The notes: generated from the letters alone by a model not told the origin. A stretch of DNA of 35,489 bases from Stramenopiles sp. TOSAG23-3 (GCA_900128585.1 LT642199.1:1-35489), one strand, 5' to 3'; positions 1 to 12,200 are shown, counted from the first letter of the stretch. Numbers and translations: made by a program.

Positions 1-78
1 AAGAAAGAAAGAAAGAAAGAAAGAAAGAGTCGAAAGAAAGAAAGAAAGAGTCGAAAGAAAGAAAGAAAGAAAGAAAGA
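1..78. repeat. (GAAA)n microsatellite with two GAGTCGA interruptions
   Basis: Directly visible tetranucleotide run; GAGTCGA at 27-33 and 48-54. Confidence 0.95.
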
Positions 79-625
79 ATGATCAGATCACCATCCAACA
101 TCACAGGGAGGAAAAAAGGAGTCATCGTAATATTATATTACAGTACAATAAAAAATTAAAATTAAATAAATCGTAATTAATTAATTATTAAATTAGTGTC
201 TATAATAATTAAAATGTATCGTATTCTCTTACGGTATAATACTATAGTACCACCAGTATATCTGTCTGTTTTTAAAAAAATTAGAAAAGGGGTCTTGAGC
301 GATTTGTGGGAGTGTGTGTTCCTAAAAATAAATTCTTTGTGTAAAATGATTTCGTTAAAGTGTCCTTCTTATCAATTGTTTGAGGATTTGGTACGTACAC
401 ACAATAAAACTTCTGATGAAAAGCCTCCCGGTTAAAGTTTAATACATGTCTGTGCTCAATATTCGTACATTTCCGGTAAAATTAATCATTTTTAAAAATA
501 ATTTATTCATCCGCCGCACCCTGAGCTGCCGGTGTTTCCTTGGCACCCGCCGTTTGAACGCCACCACGTGCTTCCACGTGGCCAGCGAGACGCACGAAGC
601 TCCTTTCCAAAACTTGACCCAATGG

Positions 626-1156
626 TTACACGATCGTGCAGCATATTCCATTCTTTCGTCGAGGTACATAATCTTCCAAGAAACGGATTTGCTTATCGTT
701 GATCGCGCCACGGCGTTTTTCACGAATAAACTGGATCGCATCAAAGGGGTTTTTCCCCGCTTCGATCAAAGCGATGGCGACGAGGACCGGGGCCCGGCCG
801 AGACCAGCGACGCAGTGGACCGCGATGGCGGCGGCTGCATCTTGCTGTTCGTACTTGTCCGCCGCCGTGGCCGGGCCAAACGTCTCGTCCACCACGGCAA
901 GCCACCGTTTGATAATGTCTTCGGAAGGAGGATCGCCGTCTTGAAATTCCATCTCGTGCATTTTTATCCCCGCGGATTCCATGGAGGCCGCCTCGTAGTG
1001 GGGCTCGCAGCACCGCACGCAGGCGGTCGCGCGCCCCCGAGTGAGGTCCTTCACGTACATATCGATGTTGGACTTGCTCGGGGAGTCCATGATGAAGAAC
1101 TTCATGTTCTTAAACATGACCACAGAGGGCTTGTTGTACCTATCCAGCTGATTCAT
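626..1156 (-). CDS. PTP4A: PRL/PTP4A-family prenylated protein tyrosine phosphatase (176 aa from ATG at 1156)
   Basis: P-loop VHCVAGLGRAPVLVAIALIE (the PRL-type CX5R followed by Ala), VRCCEPHY, FQDGDPP loop, IREKRRGAIN and C-terminal CaaX CCTIV. The ORF track starts at a non-ATG codon; gccATG at 1156 gives MNQLDRYNKPS..., matching the PRL N-terminus. Confidence 0.95.
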   Translation of the reverse strand: MNQLDRYNKPSVVMFKNMKFFIMDSPSKSNIDMYVKDLTRGRATACVRCCEPHYEAASMESAGIKMHEMEFQDGDPPSEDIIKRWLAVVDETFGPATAADKYEQQDAAAAIAVHCVAGLGRAPVLVAIALIEAGKNPFDAIQFIREKRRGAINDKQIRFLEDYVPRRKNGICCTIV

Positions 1157-3033
1157 GGCTGATGCGGGAAGTCGAGTTGCAGAACACCGTTTCACTAATA
1201 TTATACAGAAACACACACACTAATTCTGACCAGTATCGTTTACCATACAGACCAGTGTACAACTACGTATCTTGTCGCTATCCACAGAACGCAAATATAC
1301 CTCCACCTTTCCTCCGTGACGTTTTTAACTATCGTACTAACAGATCTACTACCTTGGATGCTTCGTGAAAAGGATTCGGGATTGGCATATATATTATTCT
1401 ATAGAAAAGAAAAAGTAGAACCAACCTAACAAAACGTGCGTGCGGGCGTATCGACCAAAGGAAGGGAGCGGACGAATGACCGTACTATTACTACTTTCAA
1501 AATATATTAGTTACGAAAACAATTTCTTTATCTGTAACTACTTTTCTCTTGGTCTTTTTAAACGTGTATCTCTGTATGAACCGCCATCCACGAACCAAAT
1601 GTGGAATTCATCGTTGCCCCATTCAATGATGAGATCATATGCTCTATAGAACCTCTCCAAATTAATTCTTTTGGCCGGTCTGTCGGTCGTCGGTTGGGAC
1701 TTGGACCTGGTGGTCGCTCGTCCGTCGTTGAAAACAAAACATCTAAACAGCAAGGAAATAGAAGAAGAATGGCTTTATTTCTTTTTTATTCCTATGCTAT
1801 AGCTACTACAAGAGGTTAATCTACTCTTCTTTTAGGAAATAATAGCCTTCGATTCGGATTGTGTTTTCCATGATTTTGTACTTGTAATATTTTTATTTCG
1901 TATTGTGTTATTAGGTAAATGTTATATACTGAATAGGATACAGAAAATTAAGCCATTTTTTCTTCTTCTTTTTGAATTATTACAGATTCGCTATCGTTAC
2001 ATTTCAGTACTTAATATGGTACCGTAGAATACAACTAATAATGTATGATATGATTATGCTGTTATTTTTTTATTATATAGAATATTTGAATGTATTTGTA
2101 TATAGTCGTTTATTATAATATTCATTAATTTATAGGTAAAAAGGTACAGTAAACAGAGGATCTCGTTTTTAAAATATTATTTACAACAAATAGCAAACAG
2201 CGGAGAAAGAAACTCAACCCCTGGCTCTCTTCTCTGTTAAAAAGACAAAAACTGCCTTTTCTTTTGATCCGCAATCAAGTCATATGGGAGGGATGGTGTC
2301 TTTTTTTGCAAAGTCAACGTATGCTACAGTACAGCTATTCGATTGTATTAATATGCAATATGGTGAAAGGGCCAACTTTGAACTTCCTTGTGCAGTTTTC
2401 TTTAAAATCTCCTATGAAGAAATATTAGAACAGACTGTATCTTACCATTCTCTTTATTTACTTACTTCAGAAAGAAAGAGGCTCTGCCGTTTGCAGGGGT
2501 TTCAACTATTAATGACATAAATATAGAAACAGATAAGGAGACGAGAACTCCTCTTTTGTATTTTATCGAGATATTATTTTATAGTCTTCGTTCATAGCGT
2601 AGATTAGATTAGATTCGATTAGGATGATTTTTACTTAGTTCCCAGCTTATCTAACCTAATGCACAGAACCAATCACTTAGAACTAGTCGTCCACTACAAC
2701 TTACTTAATTAATAGAATAACAAGACCAAACATAGTAGAACCAACAACACCCCCACCATCAAGAAATAAAATAAGATAACTACTAATAATAACAGCAATA
2801 AATAATAATAGACAATAATAAAAAGAAGAAGAAGTAATAAATTTAAATAATATAAAACAAAACAAAAATAGCAGCAATTTGTTGCTGTTCAAATTTTACA
2901 ATGGTTTCTTAAGGCCATGTTTCAACAGCCACCAAGGAACTCTAATAGCGAGGCAATGAAAACTCCACTTCATGCACAAAGCAACGCCGAAGAGTTGATA
3001 TTAGGATAATTTTTAACCCGTTTTGAATACATA

Positions 3034-5889
3034 ATGGGCGGTGGCTCTTCGAAACCCCCGGTGCGGGAAGAGTTAGCTGACGCGGGTCACCAAGACTTTG
3101 CTTCGCCCGTCCCCGGCACAAACAATTTTGAGAACACGGATATCAGTGCTGGCTCTGACTTCAACGCCCGGGTCATTACCGCAAACGTAGTAGACGAGCA
3201 CGAGCCTTTTCATGCAAACGATTATGAAACGGCAGCAACCACCCACGACACTGCCGCAGAGACGACAAAGTGGGCCTTCGAACTGATACCTTGGTATGAC
3301 GAACAAAACCGCGATGCTGTGGAGACACTGCAGTCCGTGATAGCAGGGATTCATATTGACACGAGGGATGACTTCGGGAACACCTTGTTGATGATGGCCG
3401 TTCACCACGACAAAACGACCCTTGTGCGGTGGGCGATAGGCCAGGGGGCAGACGTCAATGCCATCAATTTCGCGGGCGTGTGCGCACTCCACATTTGTTG
3501 CCACGAGTCCAGTGTACACCATGAAATGGTGGAGACGTTACTAGAGAACAAGGCGAACACGGAAATTCCAGATTCCAACGGCTGCACCATCTTGCACTAC
3601 GCCGCGTCGGCGGGGGATGCAAAACTTGTCACCCTGCTGCTCCGCTATGGGTCAAAGGCGGGCGCTGCGGATTCCCAGGGGTTTACCGCTATAGAGTATG
3701 CGTTCGAATCTGGGGATGACCGGTGCACCGCGATGCTAATGGACGCACAGGAACGCCAAAGAGAACAGGACAATCGTTCCAACGCCTCGGCCTCCGGGGG
3801 GAGGGAAGTTGGCGTGGCAGCTGATGGGGACTGGGAAGAATACGTGGACCACATGTCGGGGCACGCTTACTATTTTAACAAGAAAACGAAGGAGACGTCG
3901 TGGGAGCGGCCGTACGGCTACAACATGCAAATTGCAGGTGCGGAGGCAGAGTTGATGACGAGGCAGTCCAGCCCTGATCGAAATAGAAAGAAAGAGAAGA
4001 AAGACAAGAAGAAGAAGAAGAAGAAGAAGAGGAAGAAAGAAAGAAGGGAAAGAGAAAAGGCGTTAGAGGAAAGCCAAGAAGGGGAAGAGCCCACGTCCGC
4101 ACAAGCCAGCAAAGCTTCCGCGTCTGACGATGGTAGTTCAAGCGATTCGGGGTCAGAAGCCGAAAGGATACAAAAGAAGAAGGCCAAGAAGGCCAAGAAG
4201 AAAAGACGGAAAGAACGAGAAAGCAAGGAGGCGGACAACGACGACGATGATGAAGAAGAAGGGAGCAAAGTGGCATCGGCTGGCAAGCGTAGCACCCTCC
4301 TTGACACCTGGCGGCGGGTCGCGTGGAGGGAAGGGATAAAACGCGTAGCTCAGCGGCGAAGAAGGAAGGCTCTCCAGGCCGCCAGAGAGCACATGCGACA
4401 GCAGCAAATTGAGACTATGCGACAAATGGAAGAAGAGCATAAGAAACGGATGGAGGAACTGACTAAGAAGACGCTCCAAGAAACCCAAATTATCAAAAAG
4501 GAAGCAGAAAAGCATAAAATGGAAGCTGCGCACCATAGAACGGAGGCAGAAAAGCACCGAGACGAGAAGGAGAAAATACGAGGAGAAATATCGGCGAGCA
4601 CGAACGAGGAAAAGAGGCGGCTGGAGGAATTAGCGGCAAAGCACAAGGCAGAAGCGGAAGAGTGGAAGCGCAACCACGCTGAAGAGCAGAAGGCCAGGGA
4701 AATAGAAGAACACGCACGAAAGGAAACAGAAAAAGCCTATAGAATAGCGAACGAAAGGGCCAAGAAGGAATACAACGAGAAGATGAACATCCTTGGTAAC
4801 ATCAGAGTCTTTGCAAGAATTCGGCCATTGATTGGTATAGAACGAGACAAAGGCTGCGAAAGGGTGTTGTCCAGTGAAAAGTACGATAAGTATGACAGCG
4901 TAACGGTAAATAATCAAGAAAAAGGCCGCAAGAAGGCGTTTCAGTTTGATCGAGTATACACAGATACGGCAACGCAGGCAGAGGTATACGCTGGAGCAGA
5001 ACCATTGCTGCAGAGCGCATTGGATGGGCACAATGTGTGTATCTTTGCCTATGGCCAAACTGGAAGTGGGAAAACCTTCACCATGAACGGTGATAGGAAA
5101 AACAAGGAAACAAGAGGGCTAATGCCGAGAACATTTGACTTGGTGTTCGAGAAGATTGAACAAGAAAAACTCTTAGAAGTTGAGGTCCGAATGTTTATGC
5201 TCGAATTGTACCTCGACAAATTGATCGATCTGTTTAGCGATAGTAGTGATGACCAGAAAGAAAAAATTATAATACGAAAAAATAGGTTTGGGACGGTGAT
5301 GCCGACGGGCGTGAATGTACGCGTTGCAAACGAGGCTGCGGACTTGTACGACTACTTTGACGAAGGCATGGTCAAACGGAAGGTATCTAGTACAAAAATG
5401 AACGCAGAGAGTAGCAGGTCGCATTTGATCGTAAGCATCATACTCAATCTGAAAGACAAGCGGACAAACGATGTATCCGAGGGAAAAATCACCCTGGTTG
5501 ACTTGGCAGGATGCGAACGGGTGAAAAAAAGCGGCGCAGAAGATCAGGCGCTAAAGGAAGCACAGTCCATCAACCAAAGTCTGTCAGCCTTGGGGAACGT
5601 AGTATCCGCTGTGTTGGGAGGTCAAAAGCACATTCCATACCGAAGCAATGTCCTGACCCTTCTGATGTCAGACACAGTAGGTGGCAATGCAAAAGCACAA
5701 ATGTTTGTGAATCTTAGTCCTGCGGATTATAATGCCGGTGAAAGTGAAAATTCAATGGTTTTTGCCCAAAGGGTAAAACAAATCAAGAACCAGAGTAAGA
5801 GCGAACGGGATGCAGAGATTGTCAAAATTAAGTTGCAAAAGCAAGTCATGGAACTTCAACGAAAGTTGGATGCTCAACAAAAGGTTTAG
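3034..5889 (+). CDS. Kinesin-14 (KCBP-type C-terminal motor) with N-terminal ankyrin repeats and a WW domain
   Basis: MGGGSS putative myristoylation start. Ankyrin repeats (GNTLLMMAV, GVCALHICC, GCTILHYAA, GFTAIEYA). WW domain WEEYVDHMSGHAYYFNKKTKETSWERP (3826-3912). Lys-rich and coiled-coil stalk. Motor from GNIRVFARIRP (4795) with YGQTGSGKT, NAESSRSH, DLAGCER and HIPYR. Confidence 0.93.
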   Translation: MGGGSSKPPVREELADAGHQDFASPVPGTNNFENTDISAGSDFNARVITANVVDEHEPFHANDYETAATTHDTAAETTKWAFELIPWYDEQNRDAVETLQSVIAGIHIDTRDDFGNTLLMMAVHHDKTTLVRWAIGQGADVNAINFAGVCALHICCHESSVHHEMVETLLENKANTEIPDSNGCTILHYAASAGDAKLVTLLLRYGSKAGAADSQGFTAIEYAFESGDDRCTAMLMDAQERQREQDNRSNASASGGREVGVAADGDWEEYVDHMSGHAYYFNKKTKETSWERPYGYNMQIAGAEAELMTRQSSPDRNRKKEKKDKKKKKKKKRKKERREREKALEESQEGEEPTSAQASKASASDDGSSSDSGSEAERIQKKKAKKAKKKRRKERESKEADNDDDDEEEGSKVASAGKRSTLLDTWRRVAWREGIKRVAQRRRRKALQAAREHMRQQQIETMRQMEEEHKKRMEELTKKTLQETQIIKKEAEKHKMEAAHHRTEAEKHRDEKEKIRGEISASTNEEKRRLEELAAKHKAEAEEWKRNHAEEQKAREIEEHARKETEKAYRIANERAKKEYNEKMNILGNIRVFARIRPLIGIERDKGCERVLSSEKYDKYDSVTVNNQEKGRKKAFQFDRVYTDTATQAEVYAGAEPLLQSALDGHNVCIFAYGQTGSGKTFTMNGDRKNKETRGLMPRTFDLVFEKIEQEKLLEVEVRMFMLELYLDKLIDLFSDSSDDQKEKIIIRKNRFGTVMPTGVNVRVANEAADLYDYFDEGMVKRKVSSTKMNAESSRSHLIVSIILNLKDKRTNDVSEGKITLVDLAGCERVKKSGAEDQALKEAQSINQSLSALGNVVSAVLGGQKHIPYRSNVLTLLMSDTVGGNAKAQMFVNLSPADYNAGESENSMVFAQRVKQIKNQSKSERDAEIVKIKLQKQVMELQRKLDAQQKV

Positions 5890-5962
5890 GAGAGTTTGTT
5901 TAAATTTTAAAGTAAAAAAGCGTAAGGTACTAGATGCGCATTTTTTTGGTGTCTTTTTTTTT

Positions 5963-6005
5963 AAAAACAAGAAAATTGGCTGTTGTTGTTATTTAAGTAA
6001 TTAAA
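5963..6005 (+). repeat. Dispersed intergenic element, copy 1 (core AAACAAGAAAATTGGCTGT at 5965-5983)
   Basis: Exact 19-mer shared with 26766, 30757 and 33656, followed by TTATTTAAGTAATTAAA as in the 30757 copy. Confidence 0.85.
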
Positions 6006-6240
6006 TATAGCTTCATCATACCCTAATCCTAACTTGGTTCTGTTATAGTATGTTTTATGATATTAAATATCTAATGTTGCAAATTTAGATCAGTTCTACA
6101 ATTGGGATAATCGTTAGAGAGTCTTAAAACATTACACTATGATATATCATTAGTTTTTTTTTTTTTAAATATGTAAATTATCATTTATTTTGCGCACTCG
6201 TATTTCAGACAACTGTAAAAATTCATTCCAACACGCGACT

Positions 6241-9200
6241 TTAGCGGACCCAGATGCCGACGACAGAGGGAATTTCTGCGTCGCTGCTACCCGATGCCCT
6301 CTTCGAATCAACTATCCCAGCGCATTTCGGTGTATGGTCAACCGAAACATAAAACGAAGTGTAGCCTTGTTGGGCATCGACTGACCAATCGCATTTCGAT
6401 TTGCTCGGTGGAACGCCTACGAGGCCGTAGGCATGACCATTGCATACGCCCATCGTCCCCGTCCCGGTGTACATTTTCCGTGGAAGGTTACAGTTGCCTT
6501 TCAGGCAAGTCACATCTACTGGACTAAAGTAAGAAGAATCTTGGCTATCCCTATCGTTGCAATTTCTTGCGGAGTGAAGCTCCGGGGCGACAGATTGGTC
6601 CTTTGGCGTTGGAATTCCGAATTTAACAACCTTTTGGTACGATTGCAAAGATCCGGTCGATTCTAAATTCTCGGCGGCCTTGTACGCGCTATTCCAGGAG
6701 TACGCCATGGACTCACTAGCCTGAACTACCCACAACGAGTTGATATTCGCGCTTCCCTTACGCTCAGACGGAGACCACTTCCCGTTGGTGGTCAACAATC
6801 GTCCACTCAGTTCACCGTGTTGAGCGTAGCCCAACAGTGTCCAGCCTCCTCCGTCCGTTGTCATATCACAGTATACTTCCGTGCCTTTGTACATTCTAGC
6901 GCAATCATCACTGTAACCGTTGCCGTTATCGTCGGCGCATGCAGCTCCAAAAGTGGTATGCTCAGGTGGGAAAATGGTGTAAATTCCATCCCCTCCGCCG
7001 GTCGCCAAGCCCTGCAATTGCTTGCAAGTCTTCGGGCGGGCCAGCCGAACGACAGCTTCCTCCCATTTTCTTCTCTGCGCATCTACAGCTTTCCTCTCTT
7101 TGTCTAATAAAGATTTGGCATTGGTCATATTTCTTTTGCACGGGGAATTTTCCGCGCAGGCCTCGTCTGGGGTCAACCCCGGAGGGGGTGTCTCCACAGT
7201 GTAATTGAAGACCATTACGTAGTTATCAGCCCCACAAGCGGTTTTGGCATCGCCAGCACATGGCATCGAGCACGAGGACATGGGCGCCTTATCAGCGGTT
7301 GGCATGTCTTCCCCACATACGCAATATTTGCCTGCCTTCACACCGGCGTACGTGAAATTTACATTTTGTCTATAGCATGCCGCGGCGCACTTGTCTGGCG
7401 TCATGTCTTCTTGTGCAACATGGGCGGTGTAAGGAAGGACAACTGGAAGGTCGTCGGGGGTCTTGGAACCACCAGATTTTGCAGCAAGAAGGTTTTCGGC
7501 TTTTTCCGCTGCCTTTTTCGCATTTTTGGCAGCTTCCGTCATCTCTGTCATGCGATGGTTGGACGATTCCTCCGCAGCTTTCAAGCCTTGGACTTCCTCT
7601 TCCATCTTCTTCAGTTTGGTGCGCATTGTGACAGCATCGCCCGATTTGTCAGATTCACTATCCGACAGGGATGTTTTCGCGGCTTCTGCTGCTTTCAACG
7701 CCTTCTGAAGGCGCACATCGTTGTCTTTCGCGTCTTTTGCTTCCTTGAGAGCATCGCGCGCTTCACCTTCCAGTGTTACCAGGGCGGAGTTGCTTCGATC
7801 CAGCGTTTCTTTGTAGCACCCAACCTCGACCGTCCCAAAAGTCTCCGATCCAGTTCCCGCCAACAATTTCATGACGGTTGCTCCTACTTGAGACGTTCCT
7901 GCGGGTGCATTGAGGGGAAGAATCTTGTCGGTGAACTCTCCGCCACGGCGGCGCACGTGGAAGACTTGTCGCCCAATGCGAACAGCTTCGCCACGCTCAA
8001 CCTTACCCCGCAAGTCACAGTTCGTTTCCAGGGTCAACGAACCCTGGATGACACTTCCAGTGCATGGAAGTGGTATCCAAACTGGGGCTCCTACGGCAGC
8101 AAATCTGTTGGCAGATTTTCCATACTTCCAGAATTTCGGGAAACGGCTATTGGGTCCAGCCACCGGGGAACCACGACGGTTTCCAGTTTCTCTTTCCTGC
8201 TCGCTCTTCATTTCTTCCGGGCTCATGGATGCGGTTTCTCCAGCATGGCGCACGTACGGTACACGGCCGCGCAGCTTTTTCTTGCTATCGCAGTTCTTGC
8301 ACTTGTCGCCAGTGAGGTCTTTCATTCCGCCACTAACGCCTTCGTCCCTCAATCGTTCGAGCTTGTTCAACTCCGATTCGTATGCGCCGCGCATGCTTCG
8401 CTGCTTCTGCATAATTTCTAGCTTGTACTTTTCTGAGCTCTGGGCGTATCCAAGCGCGAGTTTGTCGCGACGAGAGCGCTCCGATATGTATAGCTCGTCT
8501 AGACGGTCCTGCTCTCGGCGCCACGCTTCCTCAGTTTTTGCATCACGCAGGCGAAGGTCGTCTTCCAGTTTAAGTGTGTCCTGCCTCATCTTTTCGAGCT
8601 CACGCATATGCTTCTTGCGCGCCTCTTCGAGCTTGTGGTCTTCCTCTTCTCTAGAGTTGAAGTCTTGGCGCTCCTTTCGTAGCTTGGATTTGTCCCCTTT
8701 AATTGTGTTTGCTACGTGTTTCTTGTACTTCTCTGTTTCTTCCCGCAAGGCATCTCGCTTCGCGCGAAGCTCCTTCATGGCCTTCACCATGTCCCTGGTG
8801 GTCAACTCGGCACGCTTTTGTGATTCCTCCGTCATGGACTTGACGTCCTCTTCTAGCTTCTTCTGCACTGCGGCAACGCGCTTCCTCATCTCGGCGCGCT
8901 TCCTCTCCGCCAGCTCGTTTCGAGAGGGGGGCAAATGGCTCAGTGGGAAGGCGGGGGTGCTGTGAAACTTAGATGTGACTGGGTAGGGCGTCGGGGCTGG
9001 GCCACAGGCAGTCGATTCCATTGCGACTTCGCTCGGGGCACTCCCCATTTCATCGTAGCACAGGCAAGACAGGGTGGCATTGACGAGCATGGCAAAGTCC
9101 CCGCTGTCAATGTGCGCTGCTTGCTGGACCATCGCTTGGGCCTTGGCATCTACGCTCACGCTTTGCTTAAATCGGAACTCGCCGGGGTGTGCCAATTCAG

Positions 9201-12200
9201 CGGCTAGACTATCTCGTGCCGCAACCATTGCAAACGCCTCTGGACTCAGGCGACTGGCCACAGGGGAGTCGGACGTTACTACCGCGCTGACGCCCTTTTC
9301 CGCCAACATTTCAGAGATTTGGTTCAACTCCCAGTGCACTTTTTGCAATTGCTGGTGGGCCATCCCTTTCTTCTCCATCACCCGTGCCTCCGCGTTTTGC
9401 AGAAACGAGACGAAGTCCATGTGCGCGGCGTATTGCACGCGGCCTGCTACCCCAGCCATGGTGGTTTTGCTGCTCAATTCGAGGAACTGAGCGTTCATCC
9501 CCAACGCATCGGCGAAATGGGCCCCGCTCTCCACGGCGGCGCAGGCCTCCTTCAACGGCGACTCGTTCGCAACAAAGCCGTTGGGAAGGCCGTCTTTCCC
9601 CTTCGAAGCTCTAATAATACCCTCCTTCATCAGCTGCTTCTCCAACGTCGAAAACAAGGTAGTCCCTCGCGCCAAATTGAGGCACCGGACCACTTTGAAG
9701 GCGCGCGCGTTCTCTACCTTGGCCTTCTTTTCCGCGCCCGAGATCGCGGAGTAATTCCCACGCTCGCTCTCAGCCCTAGTGACGGTCGCATTCAGCCACG
9801 CCTCTACGGTGGCGACGTCGCGCTCAAGCATGGCGCGCTTCATGGTAACCTTTGCCCCACCATCGACCTTTGGAAATTTGGCGTCGACATCCCTCCATTC
9901 GTGGGAGTTCGACGTGGCGATGAACGGCGACCTGGCACTCAACCACGGGTTTCCCTTCGTTTCCAGAAGGCTTTCGTCGTCGCCGTTGAGGATGCCCACG
10001 AGCGGCCCGTCCGCGGTCGCATTTTCTGGGTTCTTTTTCTCCTCCTGTGCTTTCAGGTCCTCCAGGGAAGTCGCGTTCAGGTACTTGCCAAGCCCAGCGC
10101 ATTTGGACTTGACCGAATACGTAAGCCACCCGCAGCCCGCCGGCTTCGCAAACCCGCAGTTCTGGTTCACGTGGACCTGGCTGCGGCCGTTGGCAACGGC
10201 AATCTCGTACGTGCCGACATAGTGCTCGGGCTCGTGGTGAGGGCGCAGGCCAAGGCAGTCCTTCCTATCGCACCCGTACACGTGCATCCAGCACTTCGCG
10301 CCCGCCTTCAACGCTGCGCCCTGGGCCGTCTTCAACGCCGCGGTTTCGTGCCAGATCATGTCTGGGATCGCAGTTCCCATGTCGTTCGTTGCGTTCTTGG
10401 GCGAGTCCGAAAATGTGTAAATGCCGGCCGTCTGCGACGGGTCGTTGGACTGGCAGGAGACGCGAACAACGAGGTCGTCGTCGGCCATGAAGCAGTTGTC
10501 AAACTCGGGCGAACAGGTCTTTCCGACTTGGCCACCCTTGATGAGTGAGATTTCTACCTGGTTTCCCCGATTTTCGCACTTCTTCGCGGTGTGGCTTTTG
10601 TACCGGAACTCGGCCTCCTCTTCCGAGGAAAAGCCGCGAATGCCTGTGGCTCCGGTCGCGCCACCCAAGGCCTGGACGGCTTCGGGGAGGGATTCCTTGA
10701 CCTTTGGCACGAGCGGGATGTTCCCTAAGAGGTCCTTGGTTTTGATCGGGGCCACTTCGTCCTCGAACGTATTGGTCTCTGCAAGTTCTTGCTTGAGCAC
10801 GTTCAGCTTCTCCCTTGCGCAGTCATGCTGGGTGACGCACTCGGACACCTGGGCCCACTTCGCGCGAAGCGTCTCCTGGACCTTCTTGTGGTCGTCTTTG
10901 ATCTTGGTCAGCTTCAGGACGTTCTCCGCGCTGCAGACGGCCGAGCTGGTGCTCCCCCGAACCTCGCAGGCCGCCAAGCGCTCGCTGGCGCGGGTCAGCT
11001 GGCGCCCGTTAGCCTTGAGCTTTTGGGTCAGCTCCTTCCGCTCCGTCGTCTTGCTCAGGAAGCACTGCGCGGCCGCGGCGTCCCCCTTCGAGTCGGCAAT
11101 GGCCTCGCCGGTCATCCGCGTGTACTCGACGCGGACTTTTTCCAGCGTGCGCTTGGCCGCGCGTAGGCGCGCCGCCAGGGCGTCGTCTTCTAGGTGGGAC
11201 AGGTCGCCCTTCTGAAAGGTCGTCCGCATGGTCATGTGGCGCTGGCGCTCGATCTCGGTGTGTAGAGCGACCTCTTGCTTTGTCTTCTGTGCGGTCCACT
11301 TCCCGTGGCAGGCCTCGGCGTCCTTCTGGGCCTTGATGGCGTCCGCCTGGGCGGCGACGAGAGCCTTGCGCTGCGCGGTGAGCTGGTTGTGGTACGCCTC
11401 GCCAGGCTCGCGGCGGGCCTGGTACATCGTTGCGTCCGCGGTGGTGGCCAGCGTCTCGCCGACCTGGGCCAGCTCGTCCATGATGCCCGCCTCGCGGGCG
11501 ACGGCGGCCTTGCGCTTGGCGGCGCAGAGCCGGACCTGGCAGGCCGCGTAGCAGACGGTGTAGTTTCCTAGGGTGGTGACGCTGCACTGGTGGTCGCAGG
11601 AGTCGACCAGGGGGCTGGTATCGTTCCCGAAGTCGACGGTGGGACCCAAGGGCCCCTCCGGCAGCTTCTTTACGCGCTTGGGGGCCGGGGCCTTCCCGAA
11701 CTCGCAGTCCCCGCGCTTGAAGCAGTCCTCCCACTGCTTGCTCTGCTCGAGCTCCTGGCGCTCCCGGGCCTTCTCCTGCTCCTTGACGGCCTGCTCCTCC
11801 CGCTTCTTGAGGGCCTGCTCCTCCCGGCGGCGGCGCTCCTCCTCGGTCATCGGGGCGGGCTGGGGCTTGGGGTGGCGCGGCTTCAGCAGGTGGTGGTAGT
11901 CCGACATGTTGAAGTGCTTGACCTTCGGGGCCGGGGCTTCCTCGGCGTGGTGCTCGCAGCGGCAGGTGAGGAACTCCCCCTCGTTCTCCGCGCGGCAGTA
12001 GCAGATCGCGTGCTCGTACCGGGCGGTCATCTTGGCGATGATGTCCGACATGCGCATGACCTCGTCGGTGGTGACGACCCAGTCCTTGTTCTCGTAAAAA
12101 TAGGCCGTGGTGTTGGTGAACGGCAGGTCGAACCTGAGCTTCGGGACGATGTCCTTGTTCGGCTCGTAGATCAAAAGGGCGTCGGCGGGCTGCCGGTCGA

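Noticed and set aside
446-1162. 238-aa + strand ORF
   Set aside because: Antisense to the clearly identified PRL phosphatase.
1626-1650. ATGATGA plus GATCATATGCTCTATAG resembling box C or U3 box A
   Set aside because: No matching box D or other U3 boxes downstream.
1538-1753. 71-aa - strand ORF with protein-like composition
   Set aside because: No in-frame ATG and no recognisable family.
2284-2520. 78-aa ATG ORF in the structured intergenic block
   Set aside because: AT-rich codon use unlike the real genes here, and no motifs.
6021-6033. CCCTAATCCTAAC telomere-like word
   Set aside because: Only two imperfect units; expected by chance.
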